Assembly (NCBI GenBank): GCA_013239625.1
Contig: MU056000.1
Location: forward strand, 10,489,175 to 10,553,174
Source of the DNA: Lama guanicoe
Lineage: Eukaryota
Direction of reading: 5' to 3'
Length of the DNA: 64,000 nt
Shown here: piece after piece, positions 51,928-64,000 of the stretch
Position numbering within the stretch: the stretch's first letter is position 1
Layout: each line of letters starts with the position of its first letter
Notes under the pieces: model-generated
What the model was told of the DNA's origin: nothing
The model's input: only the letters and a program-made list of their open reading frames with translations
Database searches by the model: none
Program-made: the position numbers and the translations under genes

Positions 51928-52020
51928 CAGCAGGATATAGCTCACACGTGGCAGAGTATGAGCTTAGCACACACGAGGTCCTGGGTTCAATCCCCTGTAC
52001 CACCACTGTTTTAAAAAAAA
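51928..52020 (+). mobile_element. tRNA-derived SINE (Vic-1-like, camelid)
   Basis: A-box tagctcacacgtgg, B-box ggttcaatccc (51984-51994), A tail. Confidence 0.8.
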
Positions 52021-52061
52021 GGATATATAAAATAATTTCACGTTTTAATTTTTAAAAAAAA

Positions 52062-52175
52062 TTTGGGGGGAGGTAATTAGGCTTTTATTTGTTTTTGATG
52101 GAGGTACCAGGGACTGCACCTAGGACCACTGCACACGCTAGGCACACACTCTACCACTGAGCTACACCCTCCCCC
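52062..52175 (-). mobile_element. tRNA-derived SINE (Vic-1-like), inverted relative to its neighbour
   Basis: Minus strand reads ggggagggtgtagctcagtggtagagtgtgtgcctagc...ccctggtacctcc...cctaattacctcccccc. Confidence 0.85.
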
Positions 52176-53790
52176 CAGCAGATAAAGTCAATCTTTACGC
52201 GTACTTATGAGGGACAGGAGCAGTCTTGTTTCAGAGGGAGGGGTGGCTTTCAGAGGGGGGCCGGTGGCCTGTGTCTCGCAGCCAGTGTCTTGAACACCAC
52301 ACCCAGTGTCACTCCAGGCTGAAGGCACATGGATCCGATCTACTGGGGGGTGTGGGGTGTGGGTGGGGCAAAACCAGGCAGGACACTATCATACACACAC
52401 ACACCTATCTTGCTTGAGCTTTCAGAGAGAGTTGACCTGGACCTGGGAAATATCATCTGGCCTTTTGATTCCTTGTACTGAATCACGTTGGTTGTACACA
52501 TGTGGTGGGGGGGCGGGCGGGGGTGGGGTAGTTCATAGAGGGTTTTGCGGGTCATGGTCATGACTCTGGGAGCCATGGGAGTCCTGAGTGAAGGGTGACA
52601 TGATGCGATTGCTGTCCTGACAGGCTCTCCCAGTGCCCTGTGAGAACAGACTAGGGGTGCTGCTGTAACAATCCAGGTGAGAGATGGCCAAGGCTGGAGG
52701 TGTTTAAGTCAGTGCTAACAGCATGTGCTGAGGGGCCCACCTGCAGCATGAGACCGTATGATGTGATCTGACTGAGTGAGCCCTTCTCTTCCTTCAGGCT
52801 GGAGGCTGAAGGTTCCACACAGGGGAGGGTCCTTCTGGCCTGTCCTTTCCACAGCTGCTCACTGTCCCTTGCCGGCTGCCACCTGAACCAGATGGGTCAC
52901 TTCTAACAGCTCTCCTAAGGGTGACAGTGAGTTCCTGCGAAGTCACCCATCCCCAACGGAATGACAGCATTTCATCAGGACTGACTCTCAGAGCCAGGGT
53001 GAGTCCCAACTTTGAAGAGAAAAAAAAAAGGGCTGTTTTGTTAGAGTGGAACGACCTCAAGCAGACCATGTGTGAAAAGGCCAATGAACCCAGTTTCTAG
53101 GGATCAGCCTTCAACGGGGTGACAGGAACAAGCCTGTGGTAATCTCCAGAGGGAACTGGGCTGCCGTCCCACGGAGCTGCTGCTCCGGGAACCACTGACC
53201 CGTCCTCTAAGGGGGGAGCTGGGTGAACAGTCATGTGGGTGTGGAAATGAAGGGACAGCACGCGAAGGGGCGTCGGAGAGGAACACGTCTGTGTAGGGCA
53301 GTCATATGTAGGGCAATGCGTATTGCAATATATACAGTGACGAGATACATACAAAGGGGACTTTATATGTAAGGTCAGGCTAGCAAAAATTTTAGTAGGC
53401 TGAAACAGATGGGGTAAAAGACATGTGTTGCTGAGAGGTCCAGAGCTCCGTTCTCGCTGGGCAAAGCATGTTAGTGTTTATGGAGCATCTAGCTTTCTCA
53501 GCGTGGCTGCTGATGGTTACAATGTTACACATCTATCCAGAATAGTTTCATAGAGGGGTTGATGCAGCCATCAACAGTTATAGCACATTCACGGTAAAAT
53601 AGCAACCTTTTCGGATGCAGTTTTTAAAACCAGTTTAAGAAGATGAAAGCTAAATCATCCCTGTTATCATTTAGGTTTAAGGAAATTGCCATATATACAT
53701 CTCCTAAGAGCAGTTGGTACGTCTTTCAGATATAAGATGACTAAATTCTTAGTAAGAAACAAAGGATTGATTGAAAGAAACAATACACTT

Positions 53791-53808
53791 CAACAGCAGG
53801 GGGCGCCA
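53791..53808 (+). promoter_or_regulatory. CTCF-like binding motif
   Basis: caACAGCAGGGGGCGCca is a 13/14 match to the core CCAGCAGGGGGCGC. Confidence 0.6.
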
Positions 53809-53974
53809 TGCACCCAGTCTGCAGACCGCGCTCCGGATGCTCGCTTCTGCCCACTCCATCTACCTGCAGAACGTTAATTCTTTACTTACCTGGCTTGAAG
53901 ACTATTTAGAAAATTCCAGCCTTAGCTTATGTTTCGCCTTAACTTTTTTTTTGACTGTTAACAGTCAAACTGGA

Positions 53975-54187
53975 ACTTGCTGGAGGCTGGGGGCAGGGGT
54001 GGGGGCATGGGGAGTTATTGTTTCATGGGTGTAGAGTTTCAGTTTTGCAAGATGAGTTCTGTGGATGGGCGGTGGTGTTGGGAGTGCCATACTGTGAATG
54101 CACTGAACTGTACACTTAAAAATGGTTAAGGGGTTGAGCTACATGGGCGGTGTATTTTACCCCAATTTTTTAAAAATTAAAAAAAAA
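53975..54187 (+). mobile_element. L1MA/MB 3' terminus
   Basis: gggagttattgtttcatgggtgtagagtttcagttttgcaagatga...actgaactgtacacttaaaaatggttaag...A tail. Confidence 0.85.
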
Positions 54188-54449
54188 TTAGAACCTGCTT
54201 AGAATGACACATTATGCTCGTTCATTTGTTAATTGTTCTAAGAATGCACGTGTGGATTTGTACTGTCACTCCTTTAGGAGGGGGATCTTAGAGATCTGGG
54301 GACCAGTCTTAATTGTGTTCATCTTCCCCCCCAAAAAACAATCAACCTCTCAAATCCACAACGTAGGGTGACTTAAAAGCAAATGCTGGACTGTTGGAGT
54401 TTGGGAGAGAAGTGTGAAGGGAGGGTGGAGGTTCAGTGGGAAGGAACTA

Positions 54450-54665
54450 ACTGTCATCAATTACTTATTATACACCAAGGGCTTTCCATAGGGCATTTCA
54501 TGTAATCCCTATTACAGTCCCAGGATAGTGGCATTTTTTGGTTCCTCTACCAAGGACAGTGGGGCCTAGAGGGGCTGTGTGGCTTTCCGCAGGTCATCCC
54601 ACTGCTAAAGGGTGGGTGGGGCCAGGATTTCAACGCTGGCCTTGGGGGACTCAGAAGCCTTGCTC
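54450..54665 (-). mobile_element. MIR SINE (diverged)
   Basis: atttcatgtaatccct...ggcctagaggggctgtgtggctttccgcaggtcatcccactgcta...ggccaggatttcaac. Confidence 0.55.
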
Positions 54666-56899
54666 CCCTCATGTTCTCAGGATGTCTAAAGGCGCCCAAA
54701 TGGCCCAGTGGTACATGGTGCATGGACACTGTAGGGGTGCCAAGTGAAGAAGTGCCTTTTTAGAAAGTTTTAAGTTCAGCTTATTTACCTTTGGTCCTTT
54801 CTGCCCTCCCCCCTCCCCGTGCACAAGAGAGCCTTGTCTTCTCCTGGATAATGTGAACAATGAGAAGGCAGTCTCGGGGCGCGGGGGTGGGGCAGCCCAA
54901 CAGAAACAAAGCCTCAAACAGGCCGTCCTTGTTGGAGACACAGGGCCAGCATGGTACCACGGCCGGAATAAGGCCGGTAGTGTCCGCGGCCCTGATGGCC
55001 AAGGGACAGCAGTTCAGCCACAGGAAGGTGAGACTGGGTCACTGTTATGAACTGAGCACAGGGTGGACGGGCTGAGGTCCTGGGGGATGGCCGCATTTGC
55101 TATTCATCAGCCGTGGTTTTGCAGCCTTCCAGCCCGCAGGGGAAGGACTCAGGCCTGAGTGCTTCACGGAGATGCAGCTCTGACCAGTGGGACGCAACTA
55201 AGGAAAAGGGATTCCTGATGTGCTTGTCGGATGCTGACGTACGTCGGATGCTGACACGCTATGTCACGAAGCAGCAACAGCGGAGAGTTAATATGCCCAC
55301 CAGAGCACCAGGACGGTCCGTTATCTATGGAAACAGAACTAGGGGAGCTCACTCTGATCGGCCCTTACATGATAAAAAAAGTCCTCTAATTGTGGGAAAC
55401 TGAGGCTGCGACAGGCAGGGCTGGATGAAACTCCTGGCCTGCAGCCTGGAGGCAGGGCGTTTTCCTGTGTTTTCTGCCGGCAGCGCCTTCGCCAAGCTGC
55501 CCAGACCTCTCGGGGAGCAGGTGGCCGGGGAGCAGGTGGCCGGAGCTGGGCCTGGTGGGATTAGGGGCGCTATAAATACTGCCGCTGTCAGTGACCTTGC
55601 TGCCTTTCAAAGGTGGTGGCCGCTCTGAGGGAGGGGACAAGGCAGAGCAGAGTTCCTGAGTGTATCTGTGGGATTTGTGCCTCCTGAGGACTTACCTAGT
55701 ATGAACAGCAGAAGAAATATTTTACGATTAGCGGAACTTCCCTGAAAGGGATTATCTCCGCGTGTCATAGAGGAAGGACTGATGGTGCACATGTTTCTGA
55801 CTGCTTTCTTCTCTGATGCTGGCCTTTTTGGTTTCTTTCCCTCCAGGAGGATCTCTTGGAGGCCCTGAAATTCTGAAGCTTTAGGACTAAAATGTTTTAA
55901 ATACCAAACATCTTCACCTTAAATACTGCTGTGGTCCCCACCCCCTAGATGGCAAGGTGCGACAGGCATCCAGCTGTGGGTCTCTAAAGACCACACACAC
56001 AGTCACCTGCTCCACTCTCCGGCAGCCTCCACCCCAACCCCTCCCCGACGACACTCATCCCAGGAAGCTGGGGACCCAGACGAAGGACAGCCTCACCGGA
56101 TGGAATCGTGACCGTCGAGGAGGAGATGGCCACTCACGTGGCAGAGACTGACCACGTCCTTGTTGCGTTCACAACAACCAGGGAAATTTTAAAAAAAAAA
56201 ACCAATAAAAGAAAACAGATTTCAAAGTTTGTGGGGGTACGATCTAATAACACCAGGGATGCTGCAAGGAGGCTGGAAAGCTCTCAAAAGAGAAACTCCC
56301 AGCCACTCCACTCCACCCCAACCAGAAAGGAGAACAGAAGGCACCTGAAGGTGTCGCAGTGGTCCCCCAAGCTGCTCTCGGGGGAGGGAACGTGCCAGGT
56401 GGGGAGGGGCTACCTGTCACCTCCCTGCCTTCGTTTGCCTGCTCACAGGCTGTCTCTTCCTGAGTCCCAGGGAGGTAAGCCCAGATGAGGTCTAAGAACG
56501 ACTACCTTCAAGGGCTCGCCATCTCGTGGATGATTAAGGTCAGGAAGGAGAGAGTCAGACACGCTGACCTTGTACAAGAGATCAAGAGATCAAGAGAAAG
56601 GGCTTCCAAGAAATATGCTCAAGGGCAAAAGAGAAAAAGGAAAGAACCACCAGGGGCTGAGGGTACACCCCAAGCCCCTCCTTTGAGTCTGCCTTTTCCA
56701 CAAAGGAGCATCATCTTAATACTCGGCCAGGTGGGCAAACACGGTTAAGAGGGATTCGAAGATTAGAACTGATGAGAGGGAGCAAAGAGTTTTGTCTGTG
56801 CAAGGCTTGGATCACGCACATCACCTGCAGCGAAAACACTTGTAGACCGAACTGAAAAAGCAGAGACCTGGGAAGACGCCAGGAGCCTCGGGGTTGGCA

Positions 56900-57270
56900 A
56901 ATCCCCTGCAGACAGATTCTAGAAGGGGCCGGACCCTGACTGTCAGGAGAATGTGGCCATGTGGGTCTGTCTGGCTCTTGTGTTTCACCTCATAACAGGA
57001 CCACGTGGTTAACTGAAAAAGCCCACCACGTAGCCACAGGCTGCATTAATGAACGTTATGAAGTCAAAACTGGACAATTCTAGTCCGATGGCCAGGATCA
57101 GACCTGATTTGGAGTTTGTGCCCCATGTTCCCAGGGAGCACTGACAAATTTCAAGGAGCAGAACCAAAACACCACAGGGTCTGGAAGCCAGGCTGTTTAA
57201 AAGGTGGAAAACTGGGTGTGGCTATTTGAAGGGCAGCCACGTGGAAGCAGGGTTAGACGGACTCTGCAGC
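56900..57270 (+). mobile_element. CR1/L3 relic
   Basis: aggctgcattaat...gatcagacctgatttggagt...ctgacaaatt...tatttgaagggcagccacgtggaagcaggg. Confidence 0.5.
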
Positions 57271-57459
57271 AGGAGCATGGATGGGGGCGACCGCCTGCCC
57301 CATCATTTGTCTAAGGGACGTTACAGTCCATCTCAACAGCCTCTTCCCCGGGTCCTAGGTAGTCGTGTCTTAATGATTTCTGTAGTTTTCATTCTACAGT
57401 GACCTACTGATTCCTGAAACACTAGTTATTAGTTTGTTATTATAATAACATGCTTTATA

Positions 57460-58850
57460 CCTGTATTCATTCAAAAAGTAATTACTGGGCACCTGAACAG
57501 AGCCAGACACTGTGCGGATGCTGGGCGTGCAATGGGGAACACGGCAGAGGCGATGCCAGCCCTCTCAGAGCCCCTGTCACTACAGAGCGCTAAATGTCAT
57601 GATGGGGGACTCAAGGCATGATGAGACCCGCAGGGCCCGCAGTGGGTGGGAAGCAAACTGATGACGTCCAAGTTGGTGTCTGAAAGCAAGCTGGAGTCAC
57701 GTATGCCGGACGAGGGGGCAGGAGAGGGTTTCAGGCAGAAGGGACACTGGGGGCAGAGGCCTGGGCGAGAGAACACACAGATGGTCCCTCCGCTCCGGGT
57801 GCTCTGTGTGGATGGAATGGAGAGCAGGAGGAGGGTTGAGATGGTCCTCGTACTGCCGTTTAGGGTCTGGGTTTACAATGGCACCGGAGAGTCAGTGGAG
57901 GGCCTTTGGGGACTGGTTTGGAGGAGAAGTGTGTGGAGCCCCACTGGGGGCCATGGAGCAAGTCGAAGGGGAGCTGTAGGAGCACAAAGAGGGATATGAC
58001 GGCGGGGAATGGAGAAGAGGGGGGTCCGAGGGGCATTTAGGATGAGGCTAAGACAGGGCTCTGTGCCTGGTGGGGGGACACCAGGCTGAGGAAGAGGGCC
58101 GAGCTGAGGATGAGGCCAGCCTCTGGCATCACCAGCAGAAGTCCACGCTAGTCATCAAAATAGGGGGGAGAGCAGAAAGAGCTTGGAGTGCAGGCCATGA
58201 GCCCCTTTGGGATGGGCTGAGCTGTCTGTGCCTGCGGGAAATCAAAGCGCATCTCTGTGAGGGAGGCAGTTAGATGTCAGGGCCTGAAGCTCAGGAGAGA
58301 GAGCAGAGTCGAAGATACTGACTCGGGAAGGAGTTAACACGGCAACTGAAGCCACGACCTGCAGAGAGAGGGCCGAGGAGGGAGACGGGCAGGGGGTTCG
58401 GACAGAGTTCTGATGCTCACTTGGAGCGAGGAAGAAGGATGTTCCACCAAGAGCCTGTGAAGGAATACTCAGAAAGGAAGACGGAAAAGCAGTGTTGCAG
58501 AAGCCACGGGAAATAAGCAAAGGATGCAGGCGATGGGAGGTGAGAACCAGATGGCACCCGCCCACGGGAGCTGGGGCCGGAGCCCGCGGGGACCTCGGCC
58601 AGCTCTCTAAGGAGACAACAGGGAACCAGACGGAATGCAGATCCAAGGAACCACCTAGGGAGTGAGGCCCCTCGGCCCTGAGGGAGGGGGCAGGTGGGCT
58701 GGAGGGGGACAGCAGATAGCATGGGTCGGGAGCATAGATGGTGGCAAACAGCCGTGGGAAGGATGGGCGTGATTACCTGTAATCCTCTCAAGGAGGCTGG
58801 GTGCCAAGGCGAGAAATGGAGGGGACCTGCTGGATAAAGACATGATTTTT
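57460..58850 (-). mobile_element. L2 LINE fragment (~1.4 kb)
   Basis: Starts tattcattcaaaaagtaattactgggcacct...ccagacactgtg (reverse complement of the L2 3' end); purine-rich L2 body follows. Confidence 0.75.
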
Positions 58851-59199
58851 CTGTTTTCCTTCTATTTCTTTTTAAAGTTGGGAGCCTTGAGTATATTTAA
58901 ACATAGATAGGAAGGAGTGATTTGGGAGAGGCTGACACGGGAGAGAGGGAGAAACTGAGACAGAGTCCCTGAGCATAAAGCATGGATAAAGCAGGGCAGC
59001 TGAGCCCCCACCGCGGTGCCACTCAGATGCGGGCGGTAGGGGGTGCGGTGTCCACCCTGCCACGGCTTTGTGGGGATTGGGGGCGCTGGCCTGCAGGTCA
59101 TCCTGCCAACTGTCAGTGTGCCCCTCAGTCCAAAACAGCATCTCCCTCACTCTCTTTCCTTTTACTTTATCTTCCTCCCAAGGAGCTCTGACTACCTGT

Positions 59200-59621
59200 A
59201 GAAGATGCCACAATGGCCAGCTGAGGGGCCATGCTCACCCTGGTGCCCAGAACAAGGATTTATTACTTTATATAGTAACAGAGGAGATTAAATGAAGGAC
59301 GGTGGGCTAAGATGATCTGGGAATGTCTCGGTAGACCCTAAATACCATCACAGGGGTCCTGATAAGAGAAGAGAGAGGCATGCAGAGGAGGAGGCCCTGT
59401 GAAGACAGACTGGGGTGATTCGGCCAAGGAAGGCCCGCAGCCACCAGGAGCTGGACAAGGCAAGGAACAGACTCTTTCCTAAAGCCCCGCCAACACCTTG
59501 ATTTCAGTCCAGTGAACTGGTTTCGACTTCTGGCCTCTGGAACTAGGAGAGAACACATTTCTGTTGTTTCAAGCCATCAGGTTTGTGGTGCTTTGTTACG
59601 GGAGCCACAGGAAACCAACAC
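59200..59621 (+). mobile_element. MLT1 solo LTR
   Basis: cagccaccaggagctgga...aacaccttgattt...gacttctggcctctggaact...atttctgttgtttcaagccatcaggtttgtggtgctttgttacgggagccacaggaaac. Confidence 0.85.
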
Positions 59622-61611
59622 GCTGTCCAAAACCATCGTGTTCGTCGGTGGCCTGTCTTCCCCATGAGATCACAGACTCCTGAAGAAAAGGGGTTTTGTG
59701 TGTTTGTTTCACTGGGGTTGCCCTGGAGCCTGCTGCGTGGCAGGGGCTCAGAAGGTACAAAAAGACCCCCGGAATAATCTCATGGCACAGTGTAATCGTG
59801 TTTCCTTCACTGTGCCTGAACCAGTGGGCGCTCCCACCCAGAGCTGGAGATGCAATAAAACCCTTCACAATAAAACTAAGAACACTTGCAGCAAAGGCCA
59901 TGTGTCAGTTTAGCTAAAAGCGACCTTGCCTTCCTGTTCACTTTCTTAGTCTGCCTGCAGGTGCAGGAGACCCCTAAGCGCTGGGAGAGAGAGAGAGCAG
60001 GTGTTAAATTCTTCACTTACTGTTTCCATTAGACATTTCTATTCTTGTATTTCCAGCTTCTCCAGGTGGGAATCTGAGTGTAGGGTTTGCCTAGAAATAC
60101 TATTTCTGCAGGTCAGCACTGTCCCCAGATTTATGTGCTTAATTATGTCTTTGCTGATGGGTTTTGGGGGGGAGGTGAGGATGGTGGGTTGTTGGCTTCA
60201 TAGCATCCAATAGAAGTATCAGTGTTCAATTTATGTTATTTTACTTTTTTTGCAAATATCTCTATGTGACCAGACTGATACTTGACTGTTTCCTCCCGTT
60301 TCTGGATCCAATGGTCTCTGGCTTCACAGCTATTATGTCCTCCCGTACTCATTTCAATACATCTATTTGGTATTTCTTGAGATAATTTACAAAAAAAAAA
60401 ATAAAAGTTTTGAGATGTTTTCCACGGGCTTTGCTGACTCCCTACACGTCGTAGCAAAGGGCATCAAAGTTTCAGGCCACCAGGTAGGTGTTCATATTCA
60501 GAGATAAAAACACCCAGGGTTAAGAGCAGGTGCTGAAATTAGGAAACTGAGCAGCCGTGAACACCACAGCCTTGTTCTGTCCTCGTGTCGCGTCGTGATT
60601 ATTGTCGGGAGAGTCTGGACCACGCATCTGATCAGGATGACGTCTGGGTCCTACGCACTGAGACCCACCCACTGACCGGATAAGAAGGAAAATGCTCCCC
60701 AGACTGCATCTGTCTTAGAATAAAAATGATTTTTAAAGCCACAGAGAGTCATACAATGTAATTCCTGGAAGTCTATGCGTTCACCCCCACCAGGTTAGTT
60801 TGCCATAATGTGGAACAATCCCTCTGATAAATTTGCTTTTACACCAGAAAAGCCTTGGGGTGGAGCCTGGGAACCACATCCTGGATGTGAGACTGGGGTC
60901 CGGCAGGCAGCACGCGGCGGGACTTGAGCAGCGTCGGGGAAGAGCATGGTGCCTTCCCCCTGGTTCCCAAACCCTTTCAGGTTGCTGCCCTGCACCTGCT
61001 CTTTGTAGAACACAGGTATGTATTGATAGGTTAAACTGAAACTAAGTAACATCTACAATTTTGTGCCAAATCAGACATCATTTAAAATGCTCAGGTGGGA
61101 AGCAGTGGAAGGGATCAAGGTTTTGAGACAATTTGGGGTGATAAACACAACTGGATACAATACTAGCAACTTAACTTGTCTCTTGAAATTGGGAACTTGT
61201 TTCGGTGTTCGGGATGGTGGGTCCTGCAAGGGCCTGGTTGAGACGCACGGGATTGTTCAATTAATGGAAAACAGAATAAAACCAAAAGCAAAGCAACCTA
61301 AATCGAACACTGGTCCTTCTGATGGAGGCTATGATCCCCACAAACCCTGCTCCCCCCCCAAAAAAATCAGCCAGGACGTAATTAAGCACATAAATTTGGG
61401 AATAGTGCTGACCTGCGGGAACAGTATTTCTAAGCAAATCCTATACTCAGATTCTCACCTGGAGAAGCTGGAAATACAAGAATAGAGATGTCTTATGGAA
61501 GCAGAAAGTGGAGAATTTCAAGAGAAAATACATCAGTTGATGAGTTAGGCCTGGTCAGTCAATCCACGTGGCCCTAAATGACACGCAGCTTCCCTGCTTT
61601 TAGAAACATCA

Positions 61612-61982
61612 GTGGTGAGTCCACTGGGGGCTGCCGGACAAAGCAGCACGAACCGGGCAGCTGGGAACAAGGTCTCACAGTCCCGGAGGCCAAAGTCAAG
61701 GTGTGTGCAGGGCCACGCTCCCTCTGAAGGCGTCGGGCAGGGTCTGCCCCCGGCCTCCTGGCTTCTGGCAGCAGCCGTCCAACCTCCGCACAGTGCTCTC
61801 CCCGTGTGTGTCCTGTCCACACCCCTTCCTCCCAGAACGCCAGTCAGACTGGATGAGGGGTCCACCTTACTCACTGACCAGGACCCCATCTGAACCCTCT
61901 TTCCACACAGGGCTACATTCTGAGTCACTGGGGGTTAAGACCTCAATACAGGAATCCGGGGGACACAATTCACCCCATGACA
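61612..61982 (-). mobile_element. MLT1 solo LTR
   Basis: tctcacagtcccggaggcc...cagggccacgctccctctgaaggc...acattctgagtcactgggggttaagac...ggacacaattcaccccatgaca. Confidence 0.85.
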
Positions 61983-62221
61983 ATCGGAACAGAAGATTCA
62001 GGGTTGAGTACAGAGTCACGCTTTCCCTTTTTACCACCCACTGACGTTACAAAGCAAGGCTCAGGCAGATCCAGAGTAAAAATCTATTTTAACTCTTTTT
62101 AAAAAAGAACCAGATCCTTACGCAGTAACAGCCACTGGCCTCAGATACCCTTGGTGCCCTCCTCTCTCTGCCTTAGGTGACAGCAAGCCTTCCTCCCCGC
62201 GTCCCCGCTGCCACACACGGG

Positions 62222-62248
62222 CCACCACCACCACCACCACCACCACCA
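62222..62248. repeat. (CCA)9 microsatellite
   Basis: Direct reading. Confidence 0.9.
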
Positions 62249-63788
62249 GGCAGCCTCCATTCGCTGAAGCTGAGGGAGGCCAGGGATGCAACGAGGTGGC
62301 CAGTGGATCGCAGCCTGGAGGCGCTGGCCCAGCCCCACGACCCCAGCATGACCGGAACCTGGGGTCGGGAAGCCCCTCTGGAGCAGCCTGCCTTCCTGAA
62401 ACAGCCCAGTCCGTGGGACAGTCCATCCAGCCAGTCGACAGTTTGTCACACTTTCTGAGTTCTTAAAAACCTGTCTCTTTTAAACTCTTCGAAAGTTGAC
62501 ACAATTTGTACTGGAAGGATTGGCGGGGCCCCGGGGAAGCTGGGCAGGCCCTAGAAGCCTCTGGGGCCTTCCACCGTCCCTGGATGGCTGTTGCACCCGC
62601 CCGTCACTCTGCTCCATCTCCTCTGACCCTCCCCACCACCCCCCTTTTTTTTTCTGGCAGGTGGTCTCTCCCCTTTTCCTTCTGCCCTGCACTGTCCATC
62701 CATCTCTCTGACCTGTCTCTCCCCTTTCCCTGCTCCTTGCTCTTCCCCTCCTGCCTCTCTGGGCTCAGCCTCCAGGGGCTGCTGGGTACAGCTGTGTAGG
62801 CTGCTCACTGCACAAAAGTTCCTGGCCTGCTCTGCCTGCCAACATCCATTTGGACGGATGCCCATTTCCATTTTGTAAAAAGGGGGCTGGGGGACGCCTT
62901 GGCAGCAGCCAAGCCTGTGCTTTGTAAGAATTCTTTTCCGCCTCTCTTGCAGTAGAGGGGCCCCCTCTCTTGGCAATGGCTCCCCCCAAACTAGAGCAGC
63001 AGGGAGCTTAAGAAAACACCAAATGTTTGAAAAAGTGCCATTGTAAAGTCAAAATGGAAGCTGGTCAACTGAAATCATCTAAAGCTGCTAAAACTTCCCC
63101 ATTTAATATGATTTGCTATGAACATTAGAAAAAAATTAAAAGAAAAAAAAACACATTTGGAGTAAGTTGGCAAGTTTGGTTAAGTTTAGCAAGCGAATCT
63201 GTTGGCTTCACCAAAATGGTCTAACATCCAGGAATATGGAGGTTCTTACCATTTGGAGATGCTTCTCTGCACCAAAAGGACTGTTGAAAAGGCACATCCT
63301 ACCCTAGCTAGTGGTTTTTATTTTATCCCCAAATCTGGAAGCTGGGAGGGAATCACGAGTCCCAAGTGGTTTACGAGAAGCTGGCTTCTGTAAGTTTCAG
63401 GTATCGTTCCTTTCCCCAAGAGGGAGGGACACTGTTCCTGCTTCCTTATCACAAGCTCACTGCCACAGCCCTGCACGGTGACTACCACGGTTGTCTACTA
63501 GAGAAGCAGCCTTTTAGGACATACTAACTATCTCTGGGCTTTTTAATCAGCCACGTAAGAATGGGAGACCATGGCTCTACTGGAAGGTTTAGGACAAAAC
63601 TGGCTGCTTGCTTCTGACCCCAGCGCCAGCGACAGCCTTCTTCCTTGTGGTCCTGTCTTTGCCTGCCTGGCTCTGATCGCTGCTCTGTGACGTTTCCTCC
63701 TCCATGTGGCCACCGCGTCACAGACTTCCCTATGCAGCACGCCATCTGAAGCTGTTCTTCCAAACCCAGTTAAACTGTATATATTTTG

Positions 63789-63960
63789 TTTTGGGTTTTT
63801 TGTTTTTTGTTTTTTTTTGGTGGGGGAGGGAGGTAATTAGGTTTATTTATTTATTTATTTGTTTTTTAATTTTTTTTTTTAATGAAGGTACTGGGGGTTG
63901 AACCCAGGAGGACCTCGTGTGTGCTTAGCACACACTCTACCACTGAGCTCTACCCTCCCC
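63789..63960 (-). mobile_element. Full-length Vic-1-like tRNA-derived SINE with 15-bp target-site duplication
   Basis: Minus strand ggggagggtagagctcagtggtagag...ctgggttcaacccccagtacc; TSD actgtatatattttg (63774-63788) and accgtatgtattttg (63961-63975). Confidence 0.9.
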
Positions 63961-64000
63961 ACCGTATGTATTTTGGAACTGTGTGTCCCTTCTCCCCGAA

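Noticed and set aside
51928..52005. Possible tRNA gene (A and B boxes)
   Set aside because: Has an A-rich tail, two related copies in the window and no clean cloverleaf, so it is a tRNA-derived SINE.
61170..61290. Possible cryptic ANKH exon on the minus strand (…caaccag|gcccttgcag…caa|gttaag)
   Set aside because: Donor is weak and the translation does not resemble ANKH exon 8.
59200..61982. Two MLT1 LTRs ~2 kb apart as a possible provirus or hairpin
   Set aside because: Opposite orientation, heavily diverged and no internal MaLR sequence recognised; these are independent solo LTRs.
62118..62458. ORFs with poly-Pro, poly-Val or poly-Trp runs
   Set aside because: Artefact of the (CCA)9 microsatellite.

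Overview
Mammalian genomic DNA, most likely a camelid (Camelus/Vicugna), judged from three Vic-1-like tRNA-derived SINEs. The window is syntenic with human 5p15.2 and holds two convergent genes. On the + strand are OTULIN/FAM105B (Met1-linkage-specific deubiquitinase) coding exons 2-7 (5824-25208) and a long 3' UTR; exon 1 lies upstream of the window. On the - strand are the last four coding exons (9-12) of ANKH (45236-42672) and its long 3' UTR; 45237-64000 is ANKH intron 8. All ten exons have canonical AG/GT ends and consistent reading frames. The rest is intronic or intergenic DNA with old L1, L2, CR1/L3, MIR, MLT1 and DNA-transposon relics; repeat boundaries are approximate. No new multi-gene system is evident. 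The best leads are an Ala-to-Asp change in the OTULIN HOIP-binding PIM, a perfect CACGTG-N5-CACGTG (ChoRE-type) element, candidate poison/micro/terminal exons in OTULIN introns, a minisatellite built from the ANKH exon-10 splice donor, miR-17 sites split by alternative ANKH poly(A) signals, an inverted SINE pair and an old ~330-bp local duplication. Human/mouse comparisons and repeat names are from memory, not from database searches.
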